Shown: positions 9,499 to 19,674, numbered from the stretch's first letter. The stretch is 64,000 bases of DNA from Thermodesulfobacteriota bacterium (GCA_040754335.1 JBFMCV010000003.1:47356-111355); one strand, 5' to 3'. The notes: generated by a model not told the origin, from the sequence alone. Program-made: numbers and translations.

Positions 9499-11067
9499 CT
9501 AACTACCGGAGCCTTTCAGAACCACAGGAATGGTCTTCAGTATTATCTTCACATCGAGCCATATATTCCAGTTCTCGATATAGTACAGGTCAAGCTCCAT
9601 ATTACGATCGAAAGAAGGGTCGCTCCTCGCCTCCACCGCCCATAGACTCGTAATACCCGGCTTCACATCCAGCCTGCGGTAATCCTCGAGCTCGTACAAC
9701 TCGAAATCGTCCAAGGGGTGCGGTCTGGGGCCGACAAGACTCATATCTCCTTTCAAGAGGTTGAAAACCTGAGGCAGCTCATCGATACTGTATTTCCTTA
9801 AAAACCGGCCTACCCTCGTTATACGCGGGTCGTCCTTTATCTTGAAGAAAGGCCCGCTGCGTTCATTCAGCTCCCTGAGCTTGCCTTTAAGCTCGTCAGC
9901 ATTCGTCAGCATCGTGCGAAACTTCAGGCAGTCAAAGAATTTCCCTTTCTTGCCTACACGTCTGGAGCGGTATATGACAGGGCCGTCCGGGGAATCGAGC
10001 TTTATTGCAATAGCAGCCACCGTCAGTATCGGGAATGCAATGAGGAGCATCGCAATCCCGAATACGATATCTATTGTCCTTTTGATGAAGAGGCCGAGCT
10101 CCGGTATTGGCTTTCTGTAAACCTCCACCACAGGCAGATCGCCCAGGAATCCGAGTGAGAGAGGACGGTTCTGAGGAACGATCCCGTCCAGGAGATCGGG
10201 GATAACCTTTACGTCTGCTCTATAGTTGAGCGCCTCCGCTGTAACCTGCTTGACCAGCTCCCTCTCCGAAGGAATTGTGACTATCACCTCGTCTATAAAC
10301 TCACTCTGGAGAATCCGAGGGAGGTCCCCCGTCCTCCCCAGTACCCCTTTACCCTTTTTATAGTCGTCCACGAAACCGTTAACCTGGAAACCCCAGAGAT
10401 AATTGTCTTCCAGGGTCCGAGCGAGCTTCCGGCCCACCCTCCCGGCGCCGACGATGAGGACCCTCCTGAGCCCGTTTCCCTGCTTTATACGCTTTTCAAT
10501 GACTTTGTATTTCGTATACCTCCATCCTGCAACTGCGATTATGTTGAGACCCCAGCTCGATAACACAACAAAGCGGGATATCTGCTGCTTCGACAAATAC
10601 ATAACCACCATGATCATTAACGTCGCTATCGATACACCCTTAAAAACCAAGATCGCTTCGTCGAGCCATGTCCTCCCTAAACGAGTATGATAAAGCTCGT
10701 AGTTTTTAAAGAGGAGGACTATAAGCGCAATGTACAGAACTAGGAATCCCGTGTAATGGGGGAAATATTTATAACCGGTTATCGAAGTCAAGCCTCCTTT
10801 CAGGAGTCCCATGTCGTACAGTTCCGAGCCAAAACGTATGGTAAAAACGAGCGACGTGCTAATCAATATGCAAATTACATCGATGAAGAGACAGGCGGTC
10901 TCAGCCCACCTCCACTTTTCCTCAGCAGGACCGTAAAAGACCAACTTCGAATATTGCTCATTCGCTTTCAAGTTCAGCAAATTCATGATGCACCATGGGA
11001 CCGTTTCGACGTCCGGCATAACCGTCCACAATGAACTGCCGGAATGGAGAACAGAACGCGTGAACAC
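9499..11067 (-). CDS. Exopolysaccharide polyprenyl glycosylphosphotransferase (WbaP/EpsB-like priming sugar transferase)
   Basis: C-terminal Bac_transf domain (VGPRPHPLDDFELYE...KPGITSLWAVEARSD...). N-terminal TM helices plus a CoA-binding-like middle region. Confidence 0.8.
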   Translation of the reverse strand: MFTRSVLHSGSSLWTVMPDVETVPWCIMNLLNLKANEQYSKLVFYGPAEEKWRWAETACLFIDVICILISTSLVFTIRFGSELYDMGLLKGGLTSITGYKYFPHYTGFLVLYIALIVLLFKNYELYHTRLGRTWLDEAILVFKGVSIATLMIMVVMYLSKQQISRFVVLSSWGLNIIAVAGWRYTKYKVIEKRIKQGNGLRRVLIVGAGRVGRKLARTLEDNYLWGFQVNGFVDDYKKGKGVLGRTGDLPRILQSEFIDEVIVTIPSERELVKQVTAEALNYRADVKVIPDLLDGIVPQNRPLSLGFLGDLPVVEVYRKPIPELGLFIKRTIDIVFGIAMLLIAFPILTVAAIAIKLDSPDGPVIYRSRRVGKKGKFFDCLKFRTMLTNADELKGKLRELNERSGPFFKIKDDPRITRVGRFLRKYSIDELPQVFNLLKGDMSLVGPRPHPLDDFELYELEDYRRLDVKPGITSLWAVEARSDPSFDRNMELDLYYIENWNIWLDVKIILKTIPVVLKGSGS

Positions 11068-11188
11068 CGCCTTTTCGGGAATTCAGACCGCCTGTCCAGG
11101 GGTTCCGTTGACGCATTCGGCACAAACATTACTCACTGGCTTCCGACCACGATCGATATACTGATAAAATCGATTTTTAAGAGAGACA

Positions 11189-13555
11189 TCAGGACTGGGC
11201 GAATTTGAAACTTCCCTTTCCGCTGTCCTCCGATACATCATAATAGTCATAGACGCTCCCGCTCTTCTTCCCGAATTCGAGCCTGTTTACAACCACGCCT
11301 ATGATTCTGGCCCCGACTTTGATGAGGTCTTCCATGCTGTTTCTGAGCCCTTCCCTGTCCACTATCCCGACGCTTGCGACAAGGAGGACGCTGTCAACCT
11401 GCCGGGACAGGAGCCGTGCGTCTGCAAGCTCCATGACAGGAATACCGTCGAGGATGACATTGTCATACTTCTTCACAAGATGGTCTATCAACTCCTTCAT
11501 CCTCTTCGAATCAATCAGGTCCGCTGGGTTCGGCATGATCGGTCCCGCCGGGATGATATCGAGGCCGTTTATGCCCGCGTTATAAATAATACTATCCATT
11601 CCCGAGCTGCCGTTCAGATATGAGCTTAATCCCGGTCCGCCGTTTAAGTCCTTGAGGAAGACTTTATGAATGCTTGGTCTCCTCAAGTCCGCGTCTACGA
11701 GTATTACCTTGAGTCCCGACTGGACCATTGTAAGCGCCAGGTTGGAGGATATGGTCGTTTTGCCCTCAAGAGGTTGAGTGCTCGTCACCATCAATGCTTT
11801 TGGCGGCCTGTGGTCGCGGAGGGAGTAAAGCACGGACGTTTTGAGAACTCTGAAGGCCTCCGATATTTTGGACTGGGGACTCGTATAAACTATCATTTCG
11901 AGCTGATCGAGATCACTCCGCCTCGCTCTTGGTATTTTGCCCATGAACGGTATGGACAGTCTCTTTTTGAGATCTTCCTCATCACGAATTGTCCTGTCGA
12001 AGTGCTCGAACCCGAATGCTACAAGAACACCCCCTACGAATCCCAAAATAGCGGCGACCAGTATGTTCAACAAAATGTTTGGCTTATACGGCTTGAGAGG
12101 GGGGAAAGCATAATCGATCACATGGACGTTGGTCGCCCTTATGCCAGAGGTGACTTCGGTTTCCTTCTGCCTCTGGAGGAGGTTCTGATAGATGGTCTTG
12201 TTGGTTTCGACTTCCTTCTCAAGCGCCTGATACTTGGCCCCTATCTCGTTCAATTCAGCTGCGCGCGTTTTCTGGATATCGGCTCTCTGCCTCAGCAGGT
12301 CTTCCTTCTTCTTCGCAGAGTCGTAGCCCCTCTCTATACTCCGCACGATTCCGCTGAGGAGCGCTCCCATTTCGTGCCGGAGACTCGCGACCTGAGCGCC
12401 CGCCTGCTTCATTTCAGGGTAGTTCGCCCCATACCTCGCATCCAGATTGTCATACTGCGTCTTTACCCTCACATAATCCTCCTTCATCTGCTGATACGCC
12501 GGATCTTTAACCACTTCGGGCAGGTACTCGGAATTTCCCCTCTTGGTCTCTTCGTATAATGCTTCCTGCGCGAGACGGTCGGTTTCCGCCTTTGCAAGTG
12601 CATCGTTCAGCTCGGCAAGCTGTTTGTAAGTCAGGTTAAGGTCTTTATCCAGGGAAACTATATCGTGCTCTTTTGCAAACCGGTTGAGCTCATCCTGGGT
12701 CTTTTCGAGCTTTTCCTTGACCTTCGCAAGCTGCGTGTTGAGAGATTCTCCGGCCGATTTCGTCAGGCTGAGTTTCTTTTCAAGCACCCATTCGATATAT
12801 GCGTCCGCAAGGGTATTTACGGCTTTGGCGGAAAGCCCAGGATCGTTGCTGTTGAAACTCACCTCGACCAGTCTGGATTCCCTGTCGGGCGTGACGTTCA
12901 CACGAGACAAAAATGCGTCCACTAATTTCTCCTGACGGGTAATGGCATTGCCATCACTTTGAAAATCTTGAGAGCCTTTCTCAGAACCGTTCCCCATGTG
13001 AATGTAATTCCCAATGTGAATATACTTTTCCGCCAGAACCTCTAATCTCTCTTTTAATGCAGTCGTATACTGCGCCGCATAGCTGATCAAAAAACCCGGC
13101 TTATCATAGTCCTGAGAAAATTCCGGATATGACTCCAGGTTCAATTTTTTGATAACGTCCGCGGCAAGGGATCTGCTTTGCAACAATTTATATTGCGTCT
13201 CATAAAACTCATCCTGCTGCTGGACGCTAACCTCATTGAGCTCCTCGAATCCGGTAACCTTGGGGTCTTCCGGCGCTATTTCGACCGTAGCCTTTGCTCT
13301 ATACACTTTGTCCATCGCCAGGGACGTTATACCGACGATGAGCACCGCGATAATCAGACACGCCAGTACGATTTTTTTTCTCCTCCCGATGACGTTCAGA
13401 TATTCGTTAAGAGTCGACCCTTCCTCCACATAGACTTCGTAATCGGCGTATTCCCCCTGTAACACGGAAGGGGATTGACCCCTCTTGACGTCCTCCAATT
13501 CGGCGCCCTCGTGTCTCGTTATTTGCCTGCCCCTTTTATCATGTAGCTGTTCCAT
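11189..13555 (-). CDS. wzc: Polysaccharide copolymerase / BY-tyrosine kinase (Wzc/GumC family)
   Basis: N-terminal Wzz-like region with 2 TM helices and coiled coils. C-terminal P-loop (TSTQPLEGKTTISSNLA), a VILVDADLRRP Walker A' motif and a C-terminal YDYYD tyrosine cluster. Confidence 0.8.
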   Translation of the reverse strand: MEQLHDKRGRQITRHEGAELEDVKRGQSPSVLQGEYADYEVYVEEGSTLNEYLNVIGRRKKIVLACLIIAVLIVGITSLAMDKVYRAKATVEIAPEDPKVTGFEELNEVSVQQQDEFYETQYKLLQSRSLAADVIKKLNLESYPEFSQDYDKPGFLISYAAQYTTALKERLEVLAEKYIHIGNYIHMGNGSEKGSQDFQSDGNAITRQEKLVDAFLSRVNVTPDRESRLVEVSFNSNDPGLSAKAVNTLADAYIEWVLEKKLSLTKSAGESLNTQLAKVKEKLEKTQDELNRFAKEHDIVSLDKDLNLTYKQLAELNDALAKAETDRLAQEALYEETKRGNSEYLPEVVKDPAYQQMKEDYVRVKTQYDNLDARYGANYPEMKQAGAQVASLRHEMGALLSGIVRSIERGYDSAKKKEDLLRQRADIQKTRAAELNEIGAKYQALEKEVETNKTIYQNLLQRQKETEVTSGIRATNVHVIDYAFPPLKPYKPNILLNILVAAILGFVGGVLVAFGFEHFDRTIRDEEDLKKRLSIPFMGKIPRARRSDLDQLEMIVYTSPQSKISEAFRVLKTSVLYSLRDHRPPKALMVTSTQPLEGKTTISSNLALTMVQSGLKVILVDADLRRPSIHKVFLKDLNGGPGLSSYLNGSSGMDSIIYNAGINGLDIIPAGPIMPNPADLIDSKRMKELIDHLVKKYDNVILDGIPVMELADARLLSRQVDSVLLVASVGIVDREGLRNSMEDLIKVGARIIGVVVNRLEFGKKSGSVYDYYDVSEDSGKGSFKFAQS

Positions 13556-13578
13556 GTTAAACCTCCTCTCCGATATCT

Positions 13579-14586
13579 CTAATTTCTCGGAGGGTTATAT
13601 CCCACGCCCCCGAGTCCCCATATATTGAACTGAAGACCGTAAAAGAATTTCTTTATCCCGCTCGCCCCTACAATGACTGCGTCTTTTTCGTTAAGAAGCG
13701 GGTCCTCCGCTCCACCCTCGTGAATGCTGTTTAAATCGACTTCCACGATCTCTTTTCGACCGCTATCCGTATGATGAATCAGCTTAATGTCGCTCTTGTC
13801 GGCATAGCTTGCAACTCCGCCTGCCATAACGATCGCTTCGCTAAGCGTTGTTTTTCCCTGATTGATAGGGTACGCTCCGGGTTTCGTCACAGCGCCCTCC
13901 ACAAAGACATTAGCCGCTTCGGGAACATAAACTAAATCACCGGGCTGGATATCGAGATCCATGTCGGCCCCGTTTCCCGACACCACTTTGTCGAGGTCCA
14001 CGAGATAAGAGCTCTTCCCGCCGTTATTATCCGCTCTCGTTACGAGAACAGTCGTACCTGCCTTATCGCTCAATCCCTCAGCCGACGCAAGTACGTCCAA
14101 GAGACTCTGCTTACCTAACAACTCGTAATTTCCTGGCTTGTTTACATAACCCATGACAGCCACAACCTTACTCTTGTGCTCCTTCACGAACACGCTGACA
14201 TGAGGATTGTCGATGTAGTCACCCGACCTCAAAAGGTTCTCGATCTTTACCTCTGCATCCCTCGCTGTGAGTCCGTCGACGTTGACGTTATTGAGAAGAG
14301 GGACCGTTATATCACCCCTCGAGCTCACCCGCACGGTGGTAGTCAGCTCCTTTGACTCGAACACATTGATCTCGAGTAGGTCCGCAGGACCGATAAGATA
14401 GTCGTCCGGTGACGTCGCTGCGGCAGGAAGCCCCTTGGATAGAAGCTTTGAGTTTACGTTTCCGATTTCTTCAGGAGGTCCTGCTTCTTCTTCGGATATA
14501 CTCGTGCTTCTGACGCTGCTCCCGCCCCCGCAACCTGCAGCAAAACTCGTGAGAAGAAATAAAATAAAGAGATATCTTTTAACCAT
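13579..14586 (-). CDS. wza: Polysaccharide export outer-membrane lipoprotein (Wza-like, Poly_export + SLBB)
   Basis: Lipoprotein signal (LLTSFAAGC). Poly_export motif (YLIGPADLLEINVF...GDITVPLL..V.V.GLT), followed by SLBB-like repeats. Confidence 0.75.
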   Translation of the reverse strand: MVKRYLFILFLLTSFAAGCGGGSSVRSTSISEEEAGPPEEIGNVNSKLLSKGLPAAATSPDDYLIGPADLLEINVFESKELTTTVRVSSRGDITVPLLNNVNVDGLTARDAEVKIENLLRSGDYIDNPHVSVFVKEHKSKVVAVMGYVNKPGNYELLGKQSLLDVLASAEGLSDKAGTTVLVTRADNNGGKSSYLVDLDKVVSGNGADMDLDIQPGDLVYVPEAANVFVEGAVTKPGAYPINQGKTTLSEAIVMAGGVASYADKSDIKLIHHTDSGRKEIVEVDLNSIHEGGAEDPLLNEKDAVIVGASGIKKFFYGLQFNIWGLGGVGYNPPRN

Positions 14587-14759
14587 GTTACCCTCCCCAT
14601 GGGCACGAAAGAACGATAATTCACCTTGGGATTAACTGCTTTTACGGCTGTCCGGAACGCGCGAACACGGGATTTGACACAGCTTCGCCACCTGACTCAC
14701 ATCCCTAAACTCACTACGCCGTTATCCGGGAACCGGTTTATTACAAAGCCGGCAAACAA

Positions 14760-15350
14760 TCAAACTAATTCAATATCAGCCGTGTTTATATCAACAGCCA
14801 CGGACCGCTTAATGATATCGATCGAAATAACGAGTCTTTTGTTCCCTTTCCCGGAAAGTACCTTTCCCGTAATTCCCGCGAGCGGGCCGTTTATGACTCT
14901 TACTTCTTTCCCCTCCTCAAAATACGGGTACGGATCGCTCTCCATTTTCGCTTCCAAGAATTTTCTGACAGAATCTATCTGATCATTCGGGACAGGCTGG
15001 AGCCTGCCGTTTGCGCTCAGTATTCTGACCACCCCTCGAGTGTTCAGAACTTGAAAAATCGCGAGTGAATCAAGCGGGTGGATTCGCACAAAAAGGTAGC
15101 CGGGGAAAAGCGGGAGCTGAATCCGTTTCTTCCTGTCTATCCACTGACTGACGACATCCCTCAGAGGGAGAAAAGTCTCGATCCCCCTTTTCTCAATAGA
15201 GCGGTTGACCGCCTTTTCATGCCTGACGTTGGTGTAAACCGCATACCATTCTTTGTGCTCATTGTGCGCGCCGATGTCGAAGTTACCGGACGAGAGGGTT
15301 CTCTCCTTGTGCACAGATTGCGTGATGTCAGTTTCGACGATTTTATTCAT
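14760..15350 (-). CDS. NusG-family transcription antiterminator paralog (RfaH/UpxY-like)
   Basis: NGN domain (WYAVYTNVRHEK...GIETFLPL) and a KOW-like C-terminus. The ATG overlaps the stop of the upstream receiver gene by 8 nt. Sits immediately upstream of the EPS operon. Confidence 0.65.
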   Translation of the reverse strand: MNKIVETDITQSVHKERTLSSGNFDIGAHNEHKEWYAVYTNVRHEKAVNRSIEKRGIETFLPLRDVVSQWIDRKKRIQLPLFPGYLFVRIHPLDSLAIFQVLNTRGVVRILSANGRLQPVPNDQIDSVRKFLEAKMESDPYPYFEEGKEVRVINGPLAGITGKVLSGKGNKRLVISIDIIKRSVAVDINTADIELV

Positions 15351-15774
15351 AATATTTCCGTCCCGATGCCGGTCTCAGAGCCCCAGGCGGGCCCTCTTGC
15401 GCCGATGAACCATGCTTCTTTGCCAGCCTGTTTATAATTCTTGCAACCTCATCGAATTCCGTGGATTTATCCAGGAAATAATCCGCTCCCTCATCTAAAC
15501 ATTTTTTTCTATACTGAGGGTATGGAAAGTTCGTGAGCATTATTATTTTCTGATCGGAACGACTATTCTTAAACTTTTTAAGAAGTTGTATTCCATTCCA
15601 CTCATCCATGCGTATGTCGAGTATTATGACGTTCGGTTTGAGGTTATTGTTTGCCAGAATCGCGCTTCGTCCGTCTTCAGCCTGCTCCACGATATCCACT
15701 CCGTCAATCGAATCAAGTAAACTTACCAACCTGTCACGCACAATCTTGGAATCATCCACTACTAAAACCTTCAT
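15343..15774 (-). CDS. Single-domain response regulator (CheY-like receiver)
   Basis: MKVLVVDDS...ILDIRMDEWNG...MLT receiver motifs. Confidence 0.75.
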   Translation of the reverse strand: MKVLVVDDSKIVRDRLVSLLDSIDGVDIVEQAEDGRSAILANNNLKPNVIILDIRMDEWNGIQLLKKFKNSRSDQKIIMLTNFPYPQYRKKCLDEGADYFLDKSTEFDEVARIINRLAKKHGSSAQEGPPGALRPASGRKYYE

Positions 15775-16050
15775 GATATTGTTATCCGAACAGTTTTGTA
15801 CTGAGCATAACGTATAGGCGTTAAATTAGAAATCAGGAAACTTCCCTAATTTATATAGGACTCTGGATAATAGTTTTGTAGGGATTTTCCTACAATTGCA
15901 TCAAGCAGAAAGACTGCAAAGGTTGAGCAGAGGAATTCTGCTAATTGATCATTTACTCTGACAAGAAGCGTATTAATTGAATTACATGCCGCAAATGTTT
16001 CAGAATGTCGGAGTAAATGCCGGAAGGTTACATTGCAAAATACGCCTGAG

Positions 16051-16680
16051 CTAAACGAGGGCGTGCCTGATGGAATAATTTATGAGCTCGGCGTTCGTTT
16101 TCATGTTCATTTTCTGTAGTATGCGCGTGCGGTATGTGCTCACAGTCTTTTCGCTTAAAAATAGCTCATTCGATATCTCTTTTATCGTCTTACCCATCGC
16201 AATCATGCACAACACCTGGAACTCGCGGTTCGAGAGGGCCTCATCTGGCGTCGAAGAGGAATTATCATCCAAATCTTGAGCCAACTTTTCAGCGAGAGAC
16301 GGACTCACGTACTTGCCCCCGGCGACAACCTTCCTCACAGCTCTCACGAGCTCTTCGGGGGCGCTGTCTTTGGTCATATAACCTGCAGCACCGGCTTTAA
16401 GAACTCTTACGGCATACAAGCTTTCCGGGTAAATGCTTATTATAAGCACGTTCATTCCGGCATGTTCCCTCTTTAACTGCTCCAGAAGATCGAGCCCGTT
16501 CCTATCGGGAAGCGATATATCGAGCAGTATCACATCAAACTTCGTATTGCGGATTAACTCCAGGGCCTCTCTCGCTGTTCTCGCTTCGTCATAAACAGAG
16601 ATATCGGATTCGTTCTCAAGAATAAATTTCAGCCCCATCCTTACTACAGGGTGGTCATCAGCAATAAGCACCTTAATCAT
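16051..16680 (-). CDS. NarL/FixJ-family response regulator (receiver + LuxR HTH)
   Basis: IADDHPVVR...LLDISLPDRNG receiver, plus a LuxR-type HTH (LSNREFQVL...KTVSTYRTRILQKM). Confidence 0.85.
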   Translation of the reverse strand: MIKVLIADDHPVVRMGLKFILENESDISVYDEARTAREALELIRNTKFDVILLDISLPDRNGLDLLEQLKREHAGMNVLIISIYPESLYAVRVLKAGAAGYMTKDSAPEELVRAVRKVVAGGKYVSPSLAEKLAQDLDDNSSSTPDEALSNREFQVLCMIAMGKTIKEISNELFLSEKTVSTYRTRILQKMNMKTNAELINYSIRHALV

Positions 16681-17482
16681 TCGTTTTCCTCCTACTCGGA
16701 ATGAAGATTGACACCTTGGTCCCCTTCCCGCTCTTGCCTACTATATCTACGTCTCCTCCGAATAAAAGAGCCCTTTCCCTGATACCTAGAAGTCCCAAGG
16801 ACTGGGGAGCGGAAATATCCACCGTTGAAATACCCTTTCCGTTATCTATGACTTCAAGCTTGTACTTGTTACGGTATTGTTTTAACTTAACCTTGACCGT
16901 CGTCGCCCCAGAATGTCGCGCTACATTCGTCAGAGTTTCCTGAAAAATCCGGAATACGGCGGTAGCGTACTCCCTTTCGAGCTCCATGCATTCAAGCTCG
17001 GAGACGAAAATACACTTAATTCCCGTCAGCTTCTCGAAGTCCTGCGCCTGCCATTCGATGGCTCCGATTGTCCCGAGGTCATCGAGTATGCCGGGCCTCA
17101 GCTCCATCGCAATCCTGCGGACCGATTGAATGTTCGAGTCTATAAGCGCTGACATTTTCCTGATTATTTCGTTCAGCGGCTCCGTCAGGGTCTTGTCAAA
17201 TTTCTCATCGAGCCGAGCTTTCAACAAACCCAGGTCTATTTTAAGCGCCGTTAGCGACTGGCCGAGCTCATCATGAACCTCACGCGATATTTTTGTCCTC
17301 TCTTCTTCGCGTACGGACTCAAGGTGCTTAGTCAGAGCACGTAGCTGTTTATAAGAATTTTTGAGCTCTCTTTCTTTGAACCTTCTCTTGGTGATCTCTT
17401 TTCTCAGAGTTTCGTTAGTCTCTTCGAGCTCCGCATTCCTATTATCGACATGCGTGTCAGACTTTGAATTTATCCCTTTCAC
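16673..17482 (-). CDS. Cytoplasmic sensor histidine kinase (HisKA_3 + HATPase_c, NarX/DegS-like), no TM segment
   Basis: N-terminal coiled coil. H-box REVHDELGQSLTALK. C-terminal ATPase motifs (NVARHS..., DNGKGI, GLLGIRERA). Overlaps the RR gene start by 8 nt. Confidence 0.8.
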   Translation of the reverse strand: MKGINSKSDTHVDNRNAELEETNETLRKEITKRRFKERELKNSYKQLRALTKHLESVREEERTKISREVHDELGQSLTALKIDLGLLKARLDEKFDKTLTEPLNEIIRKMSALIDSNIQSVRRIAMELRPGILDDLGTIGAIEWQAQDFEKLTGIKCIFVSELECMELEREYATAVFRIFQETLTNVARHSGATTVKVKLKQYRNKYKLEVIDNGKGISTVDISAPQSLGLLGIRERALLFGGDVDIVGKSGKGTKVSIFIPSRRKTND

Positions 17483-17959
17483 CTTGCGGACTCCGCACTT
17501 CTATCGGATGGTATCCAATACCGTTCGTTTATTTAGACATATAAATATCCGTGCCACCCTGCAATAATCTCGGATATATATATCTAGAAGTTCTGCGGGT
17601 TAACAATCCCTGGCATCGTTCCGCATGTTTCCACATCTCGAAGTGTGGAAAACGAGATTTCAATCCAGGATCCATTTAGTAAAGCGACGGGAGCAAATAT
17701 CGAGTCTTCTTTCTCCGAAACATTCATTCTTGTAAGCCTAACTTATAAAAAATCACAATCAAGCAAAATTTAAATGAAGGTATAGAAGGTATGAACAATC
17801 TTTGCAGTTCATAGCCCTAGGTAAAATTCATGGCAGTGATTCCGGTATGATACGATTGAAATTACCGATCAAAAACTAATTAATTAGAACAGCCATGTCG
17901 TAAAAACAGGGACACCAAGAATGTGAAATACAACTCACTGTTGTTGGAAGATAATGAGG

Positions 17960-18014
17960 TGGCGGAGGGCGAGGGATTCGAACCCCCAAGTCCTTGCGGA
18001 CGCCGGTTTTCAAG
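17960..18014 (-). repeat. 55-bp exact copy of the 3' half of tRNA-Ser (anticodon loop to CCA). It is a tRNA-derived fragment and not a functional tRNA.
   Basis: Identical to 28453..28507. The upstream sequence cannot form acceptor, D or anticodon stems (TAGGA cannot pair with ACCGG). Confidence 0.7.
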
Positions 18015-18326
18015 TCCTATTCAGTGCGTATTCATAACTCTCCGGAGTCACCGAAATAATTGTAAACACACTTAAAAAAACGATTTCCATCTATTACATC
18101 TGGTTCAATTGGTTCTATATGGTGGCAAGAATTATGGATGGTTCTTAGAAAATGCCTAGAAAGAATTGAGCGCTATAGAATGACACCTATTACTATTGTT
18201 CGGAATTAAAAATCTTCGGAGAAATGCGCCATTAAATATTATCTAGTTCGCCACACGGCACATTGAATTGCCCGTGAGTACATTCTCTACTTCAAGTTTA
18301 AAACAGGCTTTTATAAAATTAGAACC

Positions 18327-19076
18327 TCAAATATCAATTTCCATCAAATCTTCAGCTAGAATAACATCCACATCCACATACTTCCTGACCTGGCTGATAA
18401 TATCTATTTCATCACAATCGGAATAAAGGTGTGTCAGAATAATTTTTTTGGCGCCTGAAGCTCTTCCTATCTTTCCGACTTCAGTAGGGGTAAGATGGGC
18501 ATGAAATTTAAGTTCGTCCGGAAAAGAACATTCGATAACTAACAAATCCGCTTCCCTAGCGAGCTCAATTAATTTTTCTGTATATCCAGTATCCCCGGAA
18601 TATACTAATGATTTCCCATTGGACTCTATTCTGTACGCAATGCTGTTCTCGGTATGAAATGTATCGCTCGCTACAAGAACAAAATCTTCGAGCGTTACCG
18701 GTTCCTCATTTATTTCTTTTACGGTTAGCAAGTCCGGAGCAATCCAGTCGTGGTAAGCTGACTTTAGAGATGTGTATAAATCAATGAAACCTCTTGGGCC
18801 CCATATTTCAAGTGGTTTTTCGCGGAATTTTTTTGGGTGAGGATATTTTGTAGCAAATAAAAATGGGATTAAATCCGCAGTATGATCGGGATGAAAGTGG
18901 GTTATGAATATATGGTCCACTTTCAGATAATCCACGCCGACCATGCCTAATTTCCATGTAGTGCCATTTCCGCAATCAAGTAAAACAGTTGATTTTGCAA
19001 GCTCCAGTGCGTAGCCTGATGAGCCTCTTCTAATGTTGGGGACACAAGTTCCGGAACCTAATATATGTAGTTTCAT
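18327..19076 (-). CDS. MBL-fold metallo-hydrolase (RNase Z/ElaC-like short form)
   Basis: HFHPDH metal-binding motif (HxHxDH) with a later D and H. The gene is conspicuously AT-rich compared with its neighbours. Confidence 0.6.
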   Translation of the reverse strand: MKLHILGSGTCVPNIRRGSSGYALELAKSTVLLDCGNGTTWKLGMVGVDYLKVDHIFITHFHPDHTADLIPFLFATKYPHPKKFREKPLEIWGPRGFIDLYTSLKSAYHDWIAPDLLTVKEINEEPVTLEDFVLVASDTFHTENSIAYRIESNGKSLVYSGDTGYTEKLIELAREADLLVIECSFPDELKFHAHLTPTEVGKIGRASGAKKIILTHLYSDCDEIDIISQVRKYVDVDVILAEDLMEIDI

Positions 19077-19674
19077 CTTACAAATTAAAGGGGTTATGAA
19101 CTAAATCCAGCTATCGGTATCTGAAGCTAAACACCGCCCAATCCTAGATTACTGCAATTTCTATACCTGTCTAAAAGTCGGGCCGAGGATAACATATATG
19201 AATAGAGTTCTATATCAAGGGCATTAGTCTCCAAGACAGCCTCTTTGCAATTAACCTTTGATAAGCCGACAATTACATGCTTCATAAGTATCTACAGATA
19301 CATCATATTAATCACTACTCCGTCCATGCATATTAAATATCCATACTCTCTACAATGCCATTCATACAGAAGAAATCACATATATAATAATTCTCTGGCT
19401 ATTATAATTAACAGAAATCGTTAAGCATAAATATTAAGCAATGCTGCTTAGTTCATGTGCATTTCCCGCTACGCATTATTTAGAAAAATCATTATCATCA
19501 GACGTGTATTTGACAAGAATCTGTGTCTATGCCTTACAGACTGAATAATTATTCAATCTTAGCAGACACTAAGCGAAATTTCGTAATATTGCTTGTCACT
19601 CCTTAAAAGATTACATCTCTAATCCTTTTCAGTGGCATTCATCTTGCCACGATATTTTATAGAAAGGGGGATGT

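Noticed and set aside
17960-18060. Possible second full tRNA gene overlapping the 55-bp repeat
   Set aside because: The sequence 5' of the repeat cannot form an anticodon stem (TAGGA versus ACCGG) or a proper D-arm, and the acceptor stem has an A:C mismatch. It is a tRNA-derived fragment, not a gene.
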